This document shows positions 42,814 to 57,075 of a stretch of 64,000 nucleotides of DNA, piece by piece. A model generated the notes under the pieces. That model did not search any database. It saw only the letters and a list, made by a program, of their open reading frames with translations, and was not told where the DNA came from. The number at the start of each line of letters is the position of its first letter. Position 1 is the first letter of the stretch. Source of the stretch: the human T2T-CHM13v2.0 reference genome, Homo sapiens; assembly GCF_009914755.1 (NCBI RefSeq), contig NC_060936.1; one strand, written 5' to 3'. The translations under genes and the position numbers were made by a program.

Positions 42814-42871
42814 AAAAGATAAGTGAAAACCGACATAATCTTTATCTTCAACACCTCTCCTTGCCCCTTTA

Positions 42872-43750
42872 ATGGAACCCTTTTACTATTTCATCATATT
42901 ATTAAGCAGCATACTAACCTTACTCTTTGCAATAGGACTATGTACTGTAGCTCCTGCTGGGATGAAAATCCTAATCACATCAACCTTCTTTCTATCTTCC
43001 TTCCTTCTGACAGCAATTTACTCCTACCTTTATCTCAGACTGGACAAAATGATCTCGTCTTCCAGAGCCCCCTCTTTACCTTCCTATTTACTCTTTGCCT
43101 ATCTATCCCTCCTGCTTCCTTGGATACCTCATACAATCACCCCTCCCCTTCCACTAGCTCCTAATTACCTCTACAAGACTCTCAACTTAACCCACTCTCT
43201 GTTAAACCAGTGCAATCCTTCCCTGGCAAATGACTGTTGGCTTTGTATCTCTCTATCAACTTCTGCTTATGTTGCCACTCCCATTCCCACAAGAAATTGG
43301 GTCTTTACCAACTTAACCTACCACCCTCGTTATGAAGGAAGAGACCCTTTCCAACTTCTAAATATGCAATCATTAGCCGACCTCCCCACCTCTGATAGGA
43401 CCAAGAATACCCTAACAGGACATACAATCCAACTTTTACGTTCTTACATTTCCAACCTCATCTATTACACAAGCAATGAAAAGCCCATATACGGCCCTGT
43501 AACTACGAATACCATCTTAACTTTCCAAGCCCCTTTATGCATCCAATGCAACCTGTTATCAGGCCTGCCTCTTGGGCACCTACTACCCCATCAGTGTAAT
43601 TACACCCTACAACTTCAAGGCCCAACTGATCATTATAACTTCCGAGTCACCCAAACAGCTCCATTCAGATGGCTTGTCTGCTTCTCAGGGACCCCTAAAA
43701 TCACCACCTCCTCCCTGATTAACAAACAGTCCAGGTTTTGTAATGGCTAA
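42872..43750 (+). CDS. Open 292-codon ORF: hydrophobic leader plus N-terminal Env SU (expression unknown)
   Basis: ATG-initiated ORF; signal-peptide-like segment from M60 (43049), CWLC motif, 3 N-glycosylation sequons. Confidence 0.35.
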   Translation: MEPFYYFIILLSSILTLLFAIGLCTVAPAGMKILITSTFFLSSFLLTAIYSYLYLRLDKMISSSRAPSLPSYLLFAYLSLLLPWIPHTITPPLPLAPNYLYKTLNLTHSLLNQCNPSLANDCWLCISLSTSAYVATPIPTRNWVFTNLTYHPRYEGRDPFQLLNMQSLADLPTSDRTKNTLTGHTIQLLRSYISNLIYYTSNEKPIYGPVTTNTILTFQAPLCIQCNLLSGLPLGHLLPHQCNYTLQLQGPTDHYNFRVTQTAPFRWLVCFSGTPKITTSSLINKQSRFCNG

Positions 43751-44834
43751 TATACTCCCTGCATAACCATTCACCCCTGGACTCCCTGCAGCAGCGCCCC
43801 CACCACTAGTGAATGCCTTCTCATCCCCTCTTTCAATCGCTTTCTCGAATGGTTCCTAGTAGATACAAAATGATTTTTTCTCCAATGGGAGAATAGAACA
43901 CAGGGAGCCACTCAGTGTGCTCCCAACACCCCTTTCCAGCCGCTCACCGGGGCTACCTTGGCAAGTACTCTAGGAGTATGGGAAAATGAAAACAACAAAC
44001 TCACACACCTTTTTAACATACACAACCAGTTCTGTCTACCCAGCCAAGGTATATTCTTATGTGGAACGTCGACCTATATCTGCCTCACCACTAACTGGAC
44101 AGGCACCTGCACCTTAGTCTTTCTAAGTCCCAACATTAACATTGCCCCCAGGAAATCAGACCCTATCAGTACTCCTCAAAGCTCAAGTCCATCAGCGCAG
44201 AGCCAAACAATTAATACCCCTACTTAGAGGGTTAGGAATGGCTACTGCTACAGGAACCGGAATAGCCAGTTTACCTACTTCATTATCCTGCTACCACACA
44301 CTCTCAAAGGATTTCTCAGACAGTTTGCAAGAAATAACGAAATCAATCCTTACTCTACAATCCCAAATAGACTCTTTGGCAGCAGTGACTCCCCAAAACC
44401 GCCGAGGCCTAGACCTCCTCACTGCTGAGAAAGGAGGACTCTGCACCTTCTTAGGGGAAGAGTGTTGTTTTTACACTAACCAGTCAGGGATAGTACGAGA
44501 TGCCGCCCAGCATTTACAGGAAAAGTCTTCTGAAATCAGACGCCTTTCAAACTCTTATACCAACCTCTGGAGTTGGGCAACATGGCTTCTCCCCTTTCTA
44601 GGTCCCGTGGCAGCCATCTTGCTATTACTCACCCTCAGGCCCTGTATTTTTAACCTACTTGTCAAATTTGTTTCCTCTAGAATCGAGGCCATCAAGCTAC
44701 AGATGGTCTTACAAATGGAACCTTCAATGAGCTCAACTAACAACTTCTACCGAGGACCCCTGGACCGACCCGCTGGCCCTTTCACTGGCCTAAAGAGTTC
44801 CCCTCTGGAGGACACTACAACTGTGGTGTTGTAG
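43049..44834 (+). pseudogene. env: ERV9 env (SU+TM) with three internal lesions
   Basis: CWLC; QRR/A cleavage region; ISD QNRRGLDLLTAEKGGL; CX6CC (CTFLGEECC); TM helix; TAA 43748, TGA 43871, +1 shift ~44145. Confidence 0.92.
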
Positions 44835-44916
44835 GGCCCCTTCTTCGCCCCATCCAGCAGGAAGTAGCTAGAGCAGTCATTGCCCAATTCCTAAAGGCAG
44901 TTGTGGTGTCCTGTTT

Positions 44917-44926
44917 AGAGGGGGGA
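44917..44926 (+). promoter_or_regulatory. Polypurine tract
   Basis: agagggggga directly upstream of the 3' LTR. Confidence 0.85.
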
Positions 44927-44927
44927 T

Positions 44928-45705
44928 TGAGAGGTGAAGCCAGCTGGACTTCCTGGGTTGAGTGGGGACTTGGAGAACTTTTCTGTCTAGCTAAAGGTTT
45001 GTAAACGCACCAATCAGCACTCTGTAAAAAGGCACCAATCAGTGTTCTGTGTCTAGCTAAAGGTTTGTAAATGCACCAATCAGCACTCTGTAAAAATGCA
45101 CCAATCAGTGCTCTGTGTCTATCTAAAGGTTTGTAAATGCACCAATCAGCACTCTGTAAAAACGGACCAATCAGCACTCTGTAAAATGGACCGATCAGCA
45201 GGACGTGGGTGGGGCCAAATAAGGGAATAAAAGCTGGCCACCTGAGCCAGCAGCGGCAACCTGCTCAGGTCCCCTTCCACACTGTGGAAGCTTTGTTCTT
45301 TCGCTCTTCAGAATAAATCTTGCTGCTGCTCACTCTTTGGGTCTGCACTACCTTTATGAGCTGTAACACTCACCACAAGGGTCTGCAGCTTCATTCCTGA
45401 AGTCTGCGAGACCACGAACCCACCGGAAGGAAGAAACTCCAGACACATCTGAAGGAACAAACTCCAGACACACCACCTTTAAGAGCTGTAACACTCACTG
45501 TGAGGGTCTGTGGCTTCATTCCTGAAGTCAGCAAGACCACGAACCCACTGGAAGGAAGAAACTCCGGACACATCTGAACATCTGAAGGAAGAAACTCTGG
45601 ACATACCATCTTTAAGAACTGTAACACTCACTGCAAGGGTCTGCAGCTTCATTCTTGAAGTCAGCGAGACCAATAACCCACTGGAAGGAACCAATTCCAG
45701 CCACA
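44928..45705 (+). promoter_or_regulatory. 3' LTR12
   Basis: Paralogue of the 5' LTR, 778 bp, ends ccaca|ggga. Confidence 0.92.
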
Positions 45706-46390
45706 GGGATAGCACTTGACAATTTCTGTAGTGTAAATATTCTCCTGCTATGACAGAATTCCAGCTACTAAGAAATACAGACTACAATGAATGCTGAGTA
45801 AGATGTGCACAAGTTGTCTATAGCATACTATTGTATTAAGAAACCTACAAATGGGTCTTAAGTTAATGGCAACTATCGTAAGAACAAAAATGGAATATCT
45901 AACCTTTAAACCAGCAGAAGAAAACTCAAATGCAAACTCACCTTATCCAATGGAAAGGTGGAAAAGAATATAAAAAGAAACGTCCTTCTTGTGATTGGAG
46001 TATTTCTCAAATGCAACCTACCCTACTGATGCAGAAGCCAGATCTCACTTTTCCAGCTTCCTTAGCAGGGTAGGTTCACGCATGTGACTAAGGCTCAGCC
46101 AATCAATCAGATGGTTTCCCTCTGGATTTCTATTCGGGAGAGGGCATCCTGAGGAAGCTTCATTTGAGCTGTGGTGATGAGGATAATCAGATCTTGGCAT
46201 GTAGCAGTAAGGTTATACAGACACAGGCATCCACTCGAGCCTGTTTGGTGAGAGCTATAGAGTATGGGTGAGTAGTGGCTGTACTGGAGGAGTCCCCAAG
46301 GGTGGCATTTGAGGACTGACACCCTAAGCCACTGGGAGAGTCTATGAGATTCCTAATATCCTTAATAAATTCTCTTTTCTGCTTAAGCTA

Positions 46391-46858
46391 TGTAAACAAG
46401 TGTGAACCCAAAAGAGTCAATCCTTCCAGTGGATCCCCAAGTGGCTAACTGGGCCTAAATTTTAAATAGAACCAAGCAACCATTTGCTGACTAGAAGTCA
46501 CACACATACTCTGTCATGAAAACCCACACCTCTATTTAACTTTGGGACTTTCAGAGCTCATCTGAACCAACCAATCAGAGCTCACCTGAATCAATCAATC
46601 AGGTCTCAGCTATATCAACCAATCAGGACTCAGCTATATAGACCAATCAGAACTAAGTTAGCTTGACTTCTTCAAATGCGTAAAACAGACCTGATTGGGA
46701 ACCTGGGTGGGAACTTTCACTATAAAATGCAGATCCTCCCTTCGTTCTCTGAAATGCATCTTCATTTTAAACAGTTTGCTCCCTGGTTTGCAAACTGTTC
46801 ACTGGTATAAAGTTTCTTTCCTCCAAATTCCTTTTCCTCATGAGAACTTCTGTTCACA
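46391..46858 (+). mobile_element. ERV1-class solo LTR nested in an older ERVL-like LTR (~45985-46910)
   Basis: tgtaaac...gttcaca with 4-bp TSD gcta; repeated (c)caatcag motifs; tataaaa. Confidence 0.75.
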
Positions 46859-46924
46859 GCTATTAACCATAGATTCCTTTGTTTGCAATCAAGAACAATG
46901 ATTGATACAACACCTGCACCTCAT

Positions 46925-47720
46925 TTTAAAAATAACATCTTTATTGAGATATGATTCATATAGCATACAACTGACCTAATTAAAATATACAAATCGATTG
47001 TTTTTAGTATAGTCACAAAGTTGTGCAACCATCACCACAATCAATTTTGCAATTTCATCACCCCTAAAAGAACCTCCATATCCATTAGCAGTTGCTCTAT
47101 ATTTTCCCCCAACATCTGGCACCCCACTCCAACCGCAGACCTAGGTAACCACTAAACTACTTTCTGTGTCTATCTATTTGTCTATTCTTGGTATTTCATA
47201 CAGATAGAATAATATAGTATGTGGTCTTTTGTGACTGGATTCTTTCACTTAACCTCAAGTTTTCAAGTTTCATCCATTTTGTAGTATGTATCGTATTTCA
47301 TTTCTCTTTATTGCTGAAAAATATTCCATTGCATGAAGATACCTCATTTCATTATCCATTCTTCAGTTGTGCATTTGGGTTGTTTTACTATTGTGAATAA
47401 TGTTGCGATAAACATTTGTGTACAAAGTGGGTTTTTTGTGGACATATGTTTTCATTTATCTTGGGTATACACCTAGGAGTAGAATTGACGGATTATACAA
47501 TAACTCTATGTTTAACCTTTTGAGCAAAAGGTAGACTGTTTTTCAAAGTGGCTGCACCTGTAGTCCCAGCTACTTGGGAGGGTGAGACAGGAGGATTGCT
47601 TGAGTAGTCCCCAAGGAATTTGAGGCTGCAGTGAGCTGTGACTGTGCCCCTGCATTGCAGCCTGGGTGAGAGTGAGACCCTGCCTCTAAAAAACAAGCAA
47701 ACACAAACAAAAAAACAAAA
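46925..47720. mobile_element. L1MB 3' remnant (-) joined to an AluJ right monomer (+, ~47555-47720)
   Basis: L1M motifs up to ttttcaaagtggctgcacc, then ctgtagtcccagctacttggg. Confidence 0.75.
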
Positions 47721-48615
47721 AATTCCTCTTGTTATGAATAATATTATTATTTCCTATAAGGAAGCAGATATCAACTGTGTAAGCCAGAATATTCTAATAA
47801 TGAAGCTGAAATGGACTATTTTATCAGATGGGGAGCTTCTAATCACTGCAAATATCAAGATTAGGCAATTGGACTGACCATCTGTGAGGATGTTATTCCC
47901 TCATTTACCCATCCATCCATTCATTCATTCTTTGCTCCAAGAAAAAATTTAAGAGTCTTATAGGAATTCATAATATACCAGGAGAGAACACAAATTGGAA
48001 GAAGCAAGAAAGAGAAAAAAAATCATTCAGGTTAGAGATGTAAGATGAAGTCAGGAATTAAGCAAACAGAAAAGAGCTTGTCTTACCAGCTAGGTGTAAC
48101 ACCTTTGCATTTTCCAGCAGTCAAATTTGGCTTTGAGTTTTTCAGCAGTCAAGGCCAAGAGGGAGACTTGCTCAGCTATAAAATTTACAGTGTCCATTAG
48201 GCACAATTCTTCTTGACTCTAGGACCAGAAAGAAATGTCTCCTGATCCCAGTCCCGCGAAAGTCACTCCTTTATGTTAAGGTATTTCTGTTTTTGGTTCC
48301 CCTTTGGGCTTTTAGTCATTTTGCTAACCACCTTCTCTCTCACATTGGTTGGAATTTGGGAATGCTGGAGGCTCTGAAGTTGAGAGCTATTGCCCCACAC
48401 ATGAAAATAATAAAAATGCCTCTCCTCCTTGAGTCCTACTGCTTAAGTCCTCCTTGAATTGATTCTTTCAATGATGCATTTTGAATAATAACCACAACTG
48501 CCATCTACTGAGTAGTCAGGCACTTTTCCATCTTGATCTCTTCTTCACAACTAAACCAGATAGCATTTTGCTATTTGATAGATGAGCAAACAGACACAGG
48601 GTAAATGATCCGTTA

Positions 48616-48825
48616 ATACAAAAAATTAGCCAGGCATGGTGGTGTGCACCTGTAGTACCAGCTAGTTGGGAGGCTGAGATGGGAGAATCACTTGAACCCA
48701 GAGGTTGCTGTGAGCCGAGATCAGCCCACTGCACTCCAGCCTGGGTGACAGAGGGAGACATTGTCTCAAAAACAAAAAACAAAAAACAAAAAAACCAAAA
48801 AACAAAACCAAAAACAAAAAAAATT
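48616..48825 (+). mobile_element. Alu right arm inside a MIR
   Basis: Starts at the A-rich linker; (CAAAAA)n tail. Confidence 0.85.
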
Positions 48826-49227
48826 ACAGAACTGGTAAGCAACAGAGCTGGGATTCAAATCCAGGTCTGCCAGGCTCCTTAGCCTGTCTTCTTTCAATAC
48901 AATCCCATTGCTGTTTCTAACTTTTTTCCTGATGATAGTATTAATTACTTTCTAACTTCTTAGATCCTTATAGGAAGATTTCCATATTGGTTAGACTAAG
49001 GGTTAATTTCCTCTCACAGAAAGACTCAAAACACAGCTGCTTAAACTGCGGAGGATTGTTTTTCTTTCTCATGTGAAAGTCTATAGCTGAGTGGTCCAGG
49101 GCTGCAGGAAGGCTCTGCCACTCATGATGTGGCTTGCTAGGGAACTCCAGTTGTCACCTGCGATCAGCTGGTGAAAAGTGGGAGAAAGAGTTAAGGACAG
49201 GCATATTTAAGAAAATAATGTCAAAGA

Positions 49228-49553
49228 GGCCAGGCGCCGTGGGGGTTGGGGATTTGGGAGGCGGGCGGCGGGGCGGCGGGGGTGGTGCACAGCTGTAATC
49301 CCAGCACTTTGGGAGGCCGGGGTGGGCGGATCACTTGAGGTCGGGAGTTTAAGACCAGTCTGGCCAACATGGAGAAACTCCGTCTCTATGAAAAATACAA
49401 AAATTAGCCAGGTGTGGTGGCACGTGCCTGTAATCCCAGCTACTCCAGAGGCTGAGGCAGGAGAATCTACTGAACCCGGGGGATGCAGAGGTTGCAGTGA
49501 GCCAAGATCATGCCATTGCACTCCAGCCTGGGCAACAGAGCAAGACTCCATCT

Positions 49554-49590
<37 letters not shown>
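49228..49590 (+). mobile_element. AluS with G-rich insertion near its 5' end
   Basis: ggccaggcg[...]gtggtgcacagctgtaatcccagc; TSD aagaaaat(a/g)atg. Confidence 0.92.
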
Positions 49591-49591
<1 letters not shown>

Positions 49592-50202
49592 TGATGCTAC
49601 AGTTACACATGTCACTACTGCTCATATCCCATTGTGCTGATGTTAGAAAGTAATTAATATTGATGTGTTATTTGGATCAGGGTAACTCTGTATTCGTTAA
49701 AGGAAAAAAGGGGGAAATCATCTCTGAAGTGGTTAACAGGCTGCATCATAATCTCCCTAGGAACAGTTCTGTTCTTTACAATTCTGAGTTTTATTTTGAA
49801 TCAGTATTCAGCCAGCAGTGGTCAGACTGAGAAATAGAGTGCTGTCTCTTGCTTTTTGCAAGTTCTCTTCCTTTTAATGTTTTCTCTCTGCTCCCTAAAG
49901 CAAAATCATTATTCACATAGAAATCTGGAGCTAGAAAAGCCTTTGTGATTTTATTGATGAGGAAACAGATTCAAAGCAAGTGACTTGTCCAAGGTCACAC
50001 AAGTAGCTAGTAGCAGAGGTCGGACCTGTGTGTCTTGGTTTTACCCTGCCACATAGACGTAAGTCCACCTTCCCACCTTAAGCCTCTTTTTCTCTCTTTT
50101 TTTTTTTTTTTTTTTTTGCCATTTTCTCAGTTGAGGGCAATGGCAAGAAAATGAACAACACATCTGGAAAGATATGGAAGCTCCTAAGTTTCCCCTGGAA
50201 AA

Positions 50203-50567
<365 letters not shown>

Positions 50568-51219
50568 TAAAGCACAGTGATGCTCATTTGAAAACTGAAA
50601 GAAACTCTCCCAAGAAACCTCCTAGACACTCCAGGCTTCCCATGAATCTTCCTGACACCCTGAAGATACCCCTCCATTTTGTCTCTGTTAATTGATGTAA
50701 AGTGTTAATGCATCTGAAATTCCTGTTCCTGTTAGCACCATGAGAATCTAGGATAACATATACCTTGCTTTTTCTCTTTTTCTTTCTTCTTTGTGCAGCT
50801 CAAATTCAATGCTGCTTGAGGGGTTGAAGGAATTCCATGAGCTCTAGAGCCTGGACATATTCATCCCTCAATAGCATTGCAATCAGATGGGCAGTCTTCA
50901 GCTGGCCTGCTCAGCCTGATTTTACAAAGGCTGGGTTTCCTCAGTGAAGAGGCAGGGAGAGACACAGAGGGTCCTAGTGTATGTGGGATGGATATCTAGT
51001 TATAGGGGTGCGTGTGTGTAGGGGGTGTGAGTGTAAGGGGACATGGATATGGAGAGTTTGAGGGGTGTGATATGGGGGTGTGAACCGTATGTTGGGAGGG
51101 CAAGAAAAGAAGAAAAGATTAAGAGGATAAAGAAAAAGAGGAAGATTTCTAGAATGTGTGTCGGCTAACGAAGCAAGCTTAAGGAGAATATAAGACGGGG
51201 TGAAAGTGAGAGAGTATTA

Positions 51220-51540
<321 letters not shown>

Positions 51541-51603
51541 GGAGCAAATCTTCCTTTATCCTGGGTGGCGGCCTGCCTGTCCATGAATCAGTCCGTGGGC
51601 AGG

Positions 51604-53300
<1,697 letters not shown>

Positions 53301-54148
53301 TCACCCTGTAAAGAGTTGGGCCCAGTAGGATGTGCCATTCCCAACCACCCATCCCCCCATCCCGGGAGGAGGAGGGGGAGGAAGGAGGAGGAGGGGCAGA
53401 GAGAGGAGGAAGTAGTGGAGTTTCCATCCAGGATTCCCCGCTTTTGTCCCCAAGAAGCAGAGCTGAGCCAGGCCTCCAGGAGAACAAGAACAATGCTCTC
53501 CTGCACAGATGGACCCTGAAGACGACCTTGCCCTGCTCCGTGCGACACCCAGATTGGAAATTCTTGTGGAGAAAACATAGAGAGCACATTCCTGGCAGCT
53601 GACTAATGGGATTCATGGACCCAATTCATTCTTTGAAAGTTTGGATCTGAGGTTTGCTCATACTGCTGGGGCCACCTAACAAGTGGTCGCTGCTAGCCCC
53701 CATATCTGGCACACCAGGGGGCTGGAATCAGGGGAGACTATGAAAACAGTCTTTGGATCTAATACAGATTGCAAAAGGTGGACTTGGACATGGGCTGTTC
53801 CTGTTCAAGATTATCACAGGCCTTGCTTCTCCATACAGGCGAGTTTTTATAAACCACACATATCGAATAGAAAAGTAAGCCCTACTATTTAAAACATAAT
53901 TGCTGACAGCTGCTTCTGCTCACAAACAGTGATATAATTTCTCACTAGAGAAGATTTTTTTTTTTTTGTTTAGCAAAATTCAATTTAATTAGGTGCTCAG
54001 GCAAGAACCCCTCCCTTTGCCCCCCACCCCCACCAGGGGGATAGTTGAGAAAGTGACCAGAAAACAGAGAGCTAAACTCTGATAGGAAATAAATAGAAAC
54101 TTTTTGGCTCAGAAGAGGGAAGAGAGTTTTAAAAACCAGTGAAATGGA

Positions 54149-54448
54149 GGCTGGGAATTGTGGCTTATGCCTATAATCCAAGCACTTAGGGAGGCCAAGA
54201 GGGGAACATTGTTTGAGGCCAGAAGTTCAAGACCAACCTGGTCAATATAGCAAGACCACGTCTCTACAAATGTTTAAAAAAAATCAGCCAGGTGTGTAGT
54301 GGTGGGCATCTGTAGTCCCAGCTACTCAACAGTCTGAGGTGGGAGGATTGCTTAAACCCAGGAGTTCGAGGCTGCAGTGAGTTGTGATCTCACCACTGTT
54401 CTCCCACCAGGGCAACAGAGTGAGACTATAAAAAAGAAAAAAATAAAA
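54149..54448 (+). mobile_element. AluJ
   Basis: Diverged dimer; TSD-like cagtga. Confidence 0.88.
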
Positions 54449-55025
54449 GTCAGTGACACAGTGGCAGGTGTAGAAGTTATGGAGAAACAGGGCCAGAAAT
54501 GTTCCCCAATCTGAGATGGCTTAAGGACGACTAACACAGTTTTTATATATTCAGTGCGGTTTTGTGTATGTTTGTTTTTATCAGTTCTGAGACACCATAC
54601 CCCTCAATCACCCCATTCTAAAGAGCATTGTTCAAGTGAAAGACTGAAGTATCAGTGGTTTAGGAATTGTGCTCTGGGTCAGACTGCTCAGTGAGATCCA
54701 GCTGTGCCACTTGGGGGCTCGATCACTTCGAATAGTAAGTTTTCTGACTTCTCAAAGCTTAGTTCCTTCACCTGGAAAATGAGAATAATAGTATTTATGA
54801 AGATGAAATGAGATCAGCTGTATAAGGTACTTAGTACAGTGCTTGGCTCATAGTAACTGCTTAGTAAATGTCAGTGGGGATGAAGATGAAGAAGAAATGA
54901 TGATGATAACAATAACGAAATAGCTACAGCTGTGTTCTATAGTTTCATCAGCTAGTATTTAATATCAACTGGAGAAACCATAGAAAAGAAGAGCTAGCTG
55001 AACACTGGACTTGGATGAATTAGTG

Positions 55026-55478
55026 CAGTGGTTCTTAAAGTCCCTGGACCAGCAGCATCAGCATCACCTGACAGCTGGTTAGAAATGCAGGTTCTGGGAG
55101 TTTGAGATCAGCCTGGGAACATGGTGAAACTCCATCTCTACTAAAAATACAAAAATTAGCCAGATGTGGTAGTGGGTGCCTGTGGTCCCAGCTATTCGGG
55201 AGGCTGAGGCAGGAGGATCACTTGAGATCGTGCCACTGCACTCCAGCCTTGGTGACAGTGTGAGACCATGTCAAAAAAAAAAAAAAAAAAAAAAAAAGGA
55301 AATGCAGATTCTAAGCCCCCACCCCAGATCCACTGAGTTAGAAACTCTGAATGTGGGTCCAGTAATTGGTATTCTGCTCACAAACAGTGATATAATTTCT
55401 CACTAGAGAAGATTTGTTCTCACTAGAGAAAAAGCTTTCCAGGTATTTCTGATGCACACGTAAATTTTGAGAACCACT
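55026..55478. mobile_element. MER5A with nested 5'-truncated Alu (55096-55298)
   Basis: cagtggttctt...cagcagcatcagcatcacctg...tttgagaaccact; Alu TSD gaaatgcag(g/a)ttct at 55082-55095 and 55299-55312. Confidence 0.85.
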
Positions 55479-56676
55479 AAATTAATGAATGCTGTTTTAA
55501 TGGCTTGCAAAGAAGGGGCCTCACTGTCTGTGGGTTCATTTTTTTTCATGCTTGTTCAAATATGAATAGTACAATCATTGCAATTTCATTGCATGTGGTT
55601 ATAATTCAATATGTGGTGGTGTCAAATTTTATTCAGGTAAACAAAAATAGTACTTTAGTTTTCTAAAACTGATTTCATCTTCCTCTGGAGTCCCCATTCT
55701 CCGGGGAAAGTCTCAGTTTACTTCATCCATTCAAAGTTCAAACTTCTATGGGGCTGTTTTTCCTCCTCCTACACCTCTCTCCTAAGAAGGCATTTGGGCA
55801 CAAGGAAGAGCTGAGGTAGTCTCGCGGCAGCAGGGGAGAGGTCTTTGCACATGCTCAGTGGCCTCGCACAGTGGGTACTGCTCACCCCACTAGGTTCACA
55901 GACCTGGCTCTGTTCTGAGGCTCTGGTCTCTGGCTGCTCTCACGTGGTCTCTTGGTGCCCTGTACTGGTACCTGCTGCTGAAGCTGTGGTCCCTGTCACA
56001 GCTTTCCCCACTGCAGCCTTCTCATCTCAATCCCACTGCCTAGACCTCCTTGGATTCTAGTGACTTGGACAGCAGATGAGAGCCAAGAATGCTTCAAGCC
56101 AGGCAGGAAGAAAGAGGAGGAATGCCTTTTGTAAGAAAGAACAAAACACCAATTTATCCCATAGCCATTCACTGTACTTTCTTCCCTCCCTCCTTTCTTT
56201 CTTTTTTTTTTCTTTAATGAAAAGCTAAAAGAGAAGACATATGTCTTGGAAATTGAGATTTAATGAAAGCAGGGAACACTTTGGGAGGTCCTGGTTGTTA
56301 TAATTGCTTAAATATTCAATTGAAGATTCTTCCCAAGAACTCAAGGTCTAGGTTATATGACAAGACACATCAGGAATTAAATTTCTTTTTACTTTAGATA
56401 GAATAAAAATTAAAAGTCTTAGTAAATTTGGGTTTAATATAAAACCAGACCTTTTCTAATTATTGCAGGCCACAGTCTCTCTTCACTTCCTTCTAGAATA
56501 TATACTATATTGAAAATTTCCAGTTATTTAGCACTCTCATAGGCAGTGAAGGCTTATTCTTTAGTATTCATTTTTTGTAGTCTTGCTTGTGCTCTACCTG
56601 AGTTGTAAGCCACTCAAGGACAAAGATTATAACATTCATAGTTGATAAGGGCTTGGGAAGATCCTGTGCAGCAGGT

Positions 56677-57075
56677 GTACTAGGTAGGATAGACTAGGTT
56701 ATGCTATGGTCACAGATGACCTCAAAATCCCTGTGGCTTAACATAACAAATGTTCTTTTTTTGCCTGCTAATTCTACATGCCCATTGGAGTCACCAGGCA
56801 GCCTCTGCTCCACATAGACTCTCAGGATCCAGATAAACAGAGGCTCCATTAGGACTTGTACTCCACACTCTCCCCCAGTAGAACAAGGGGAATGTGGTTG
56901 ATTGCACACTGTCTCTTAAAACTTCTGCTCAGAAGTGACACATTGTTTCTGCTCACATTTCATGGGTCAAAGCAAGTCACGTAGTCATACCTAACTTTAA
57001 ATTGGAAAGGTACAATTCCATCAGGTACCCAGAAGGAGAGCCAAAAATATTGGTGAACAGTACTAATCATTACAC
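56677..57075 (-). mobile_element. Old MLT1 (J/K-like) LTR
   Basis: ggataga...aggttatgct...gaagtgacacatt...gcaagtcac motifs. Confidence 0.6.
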
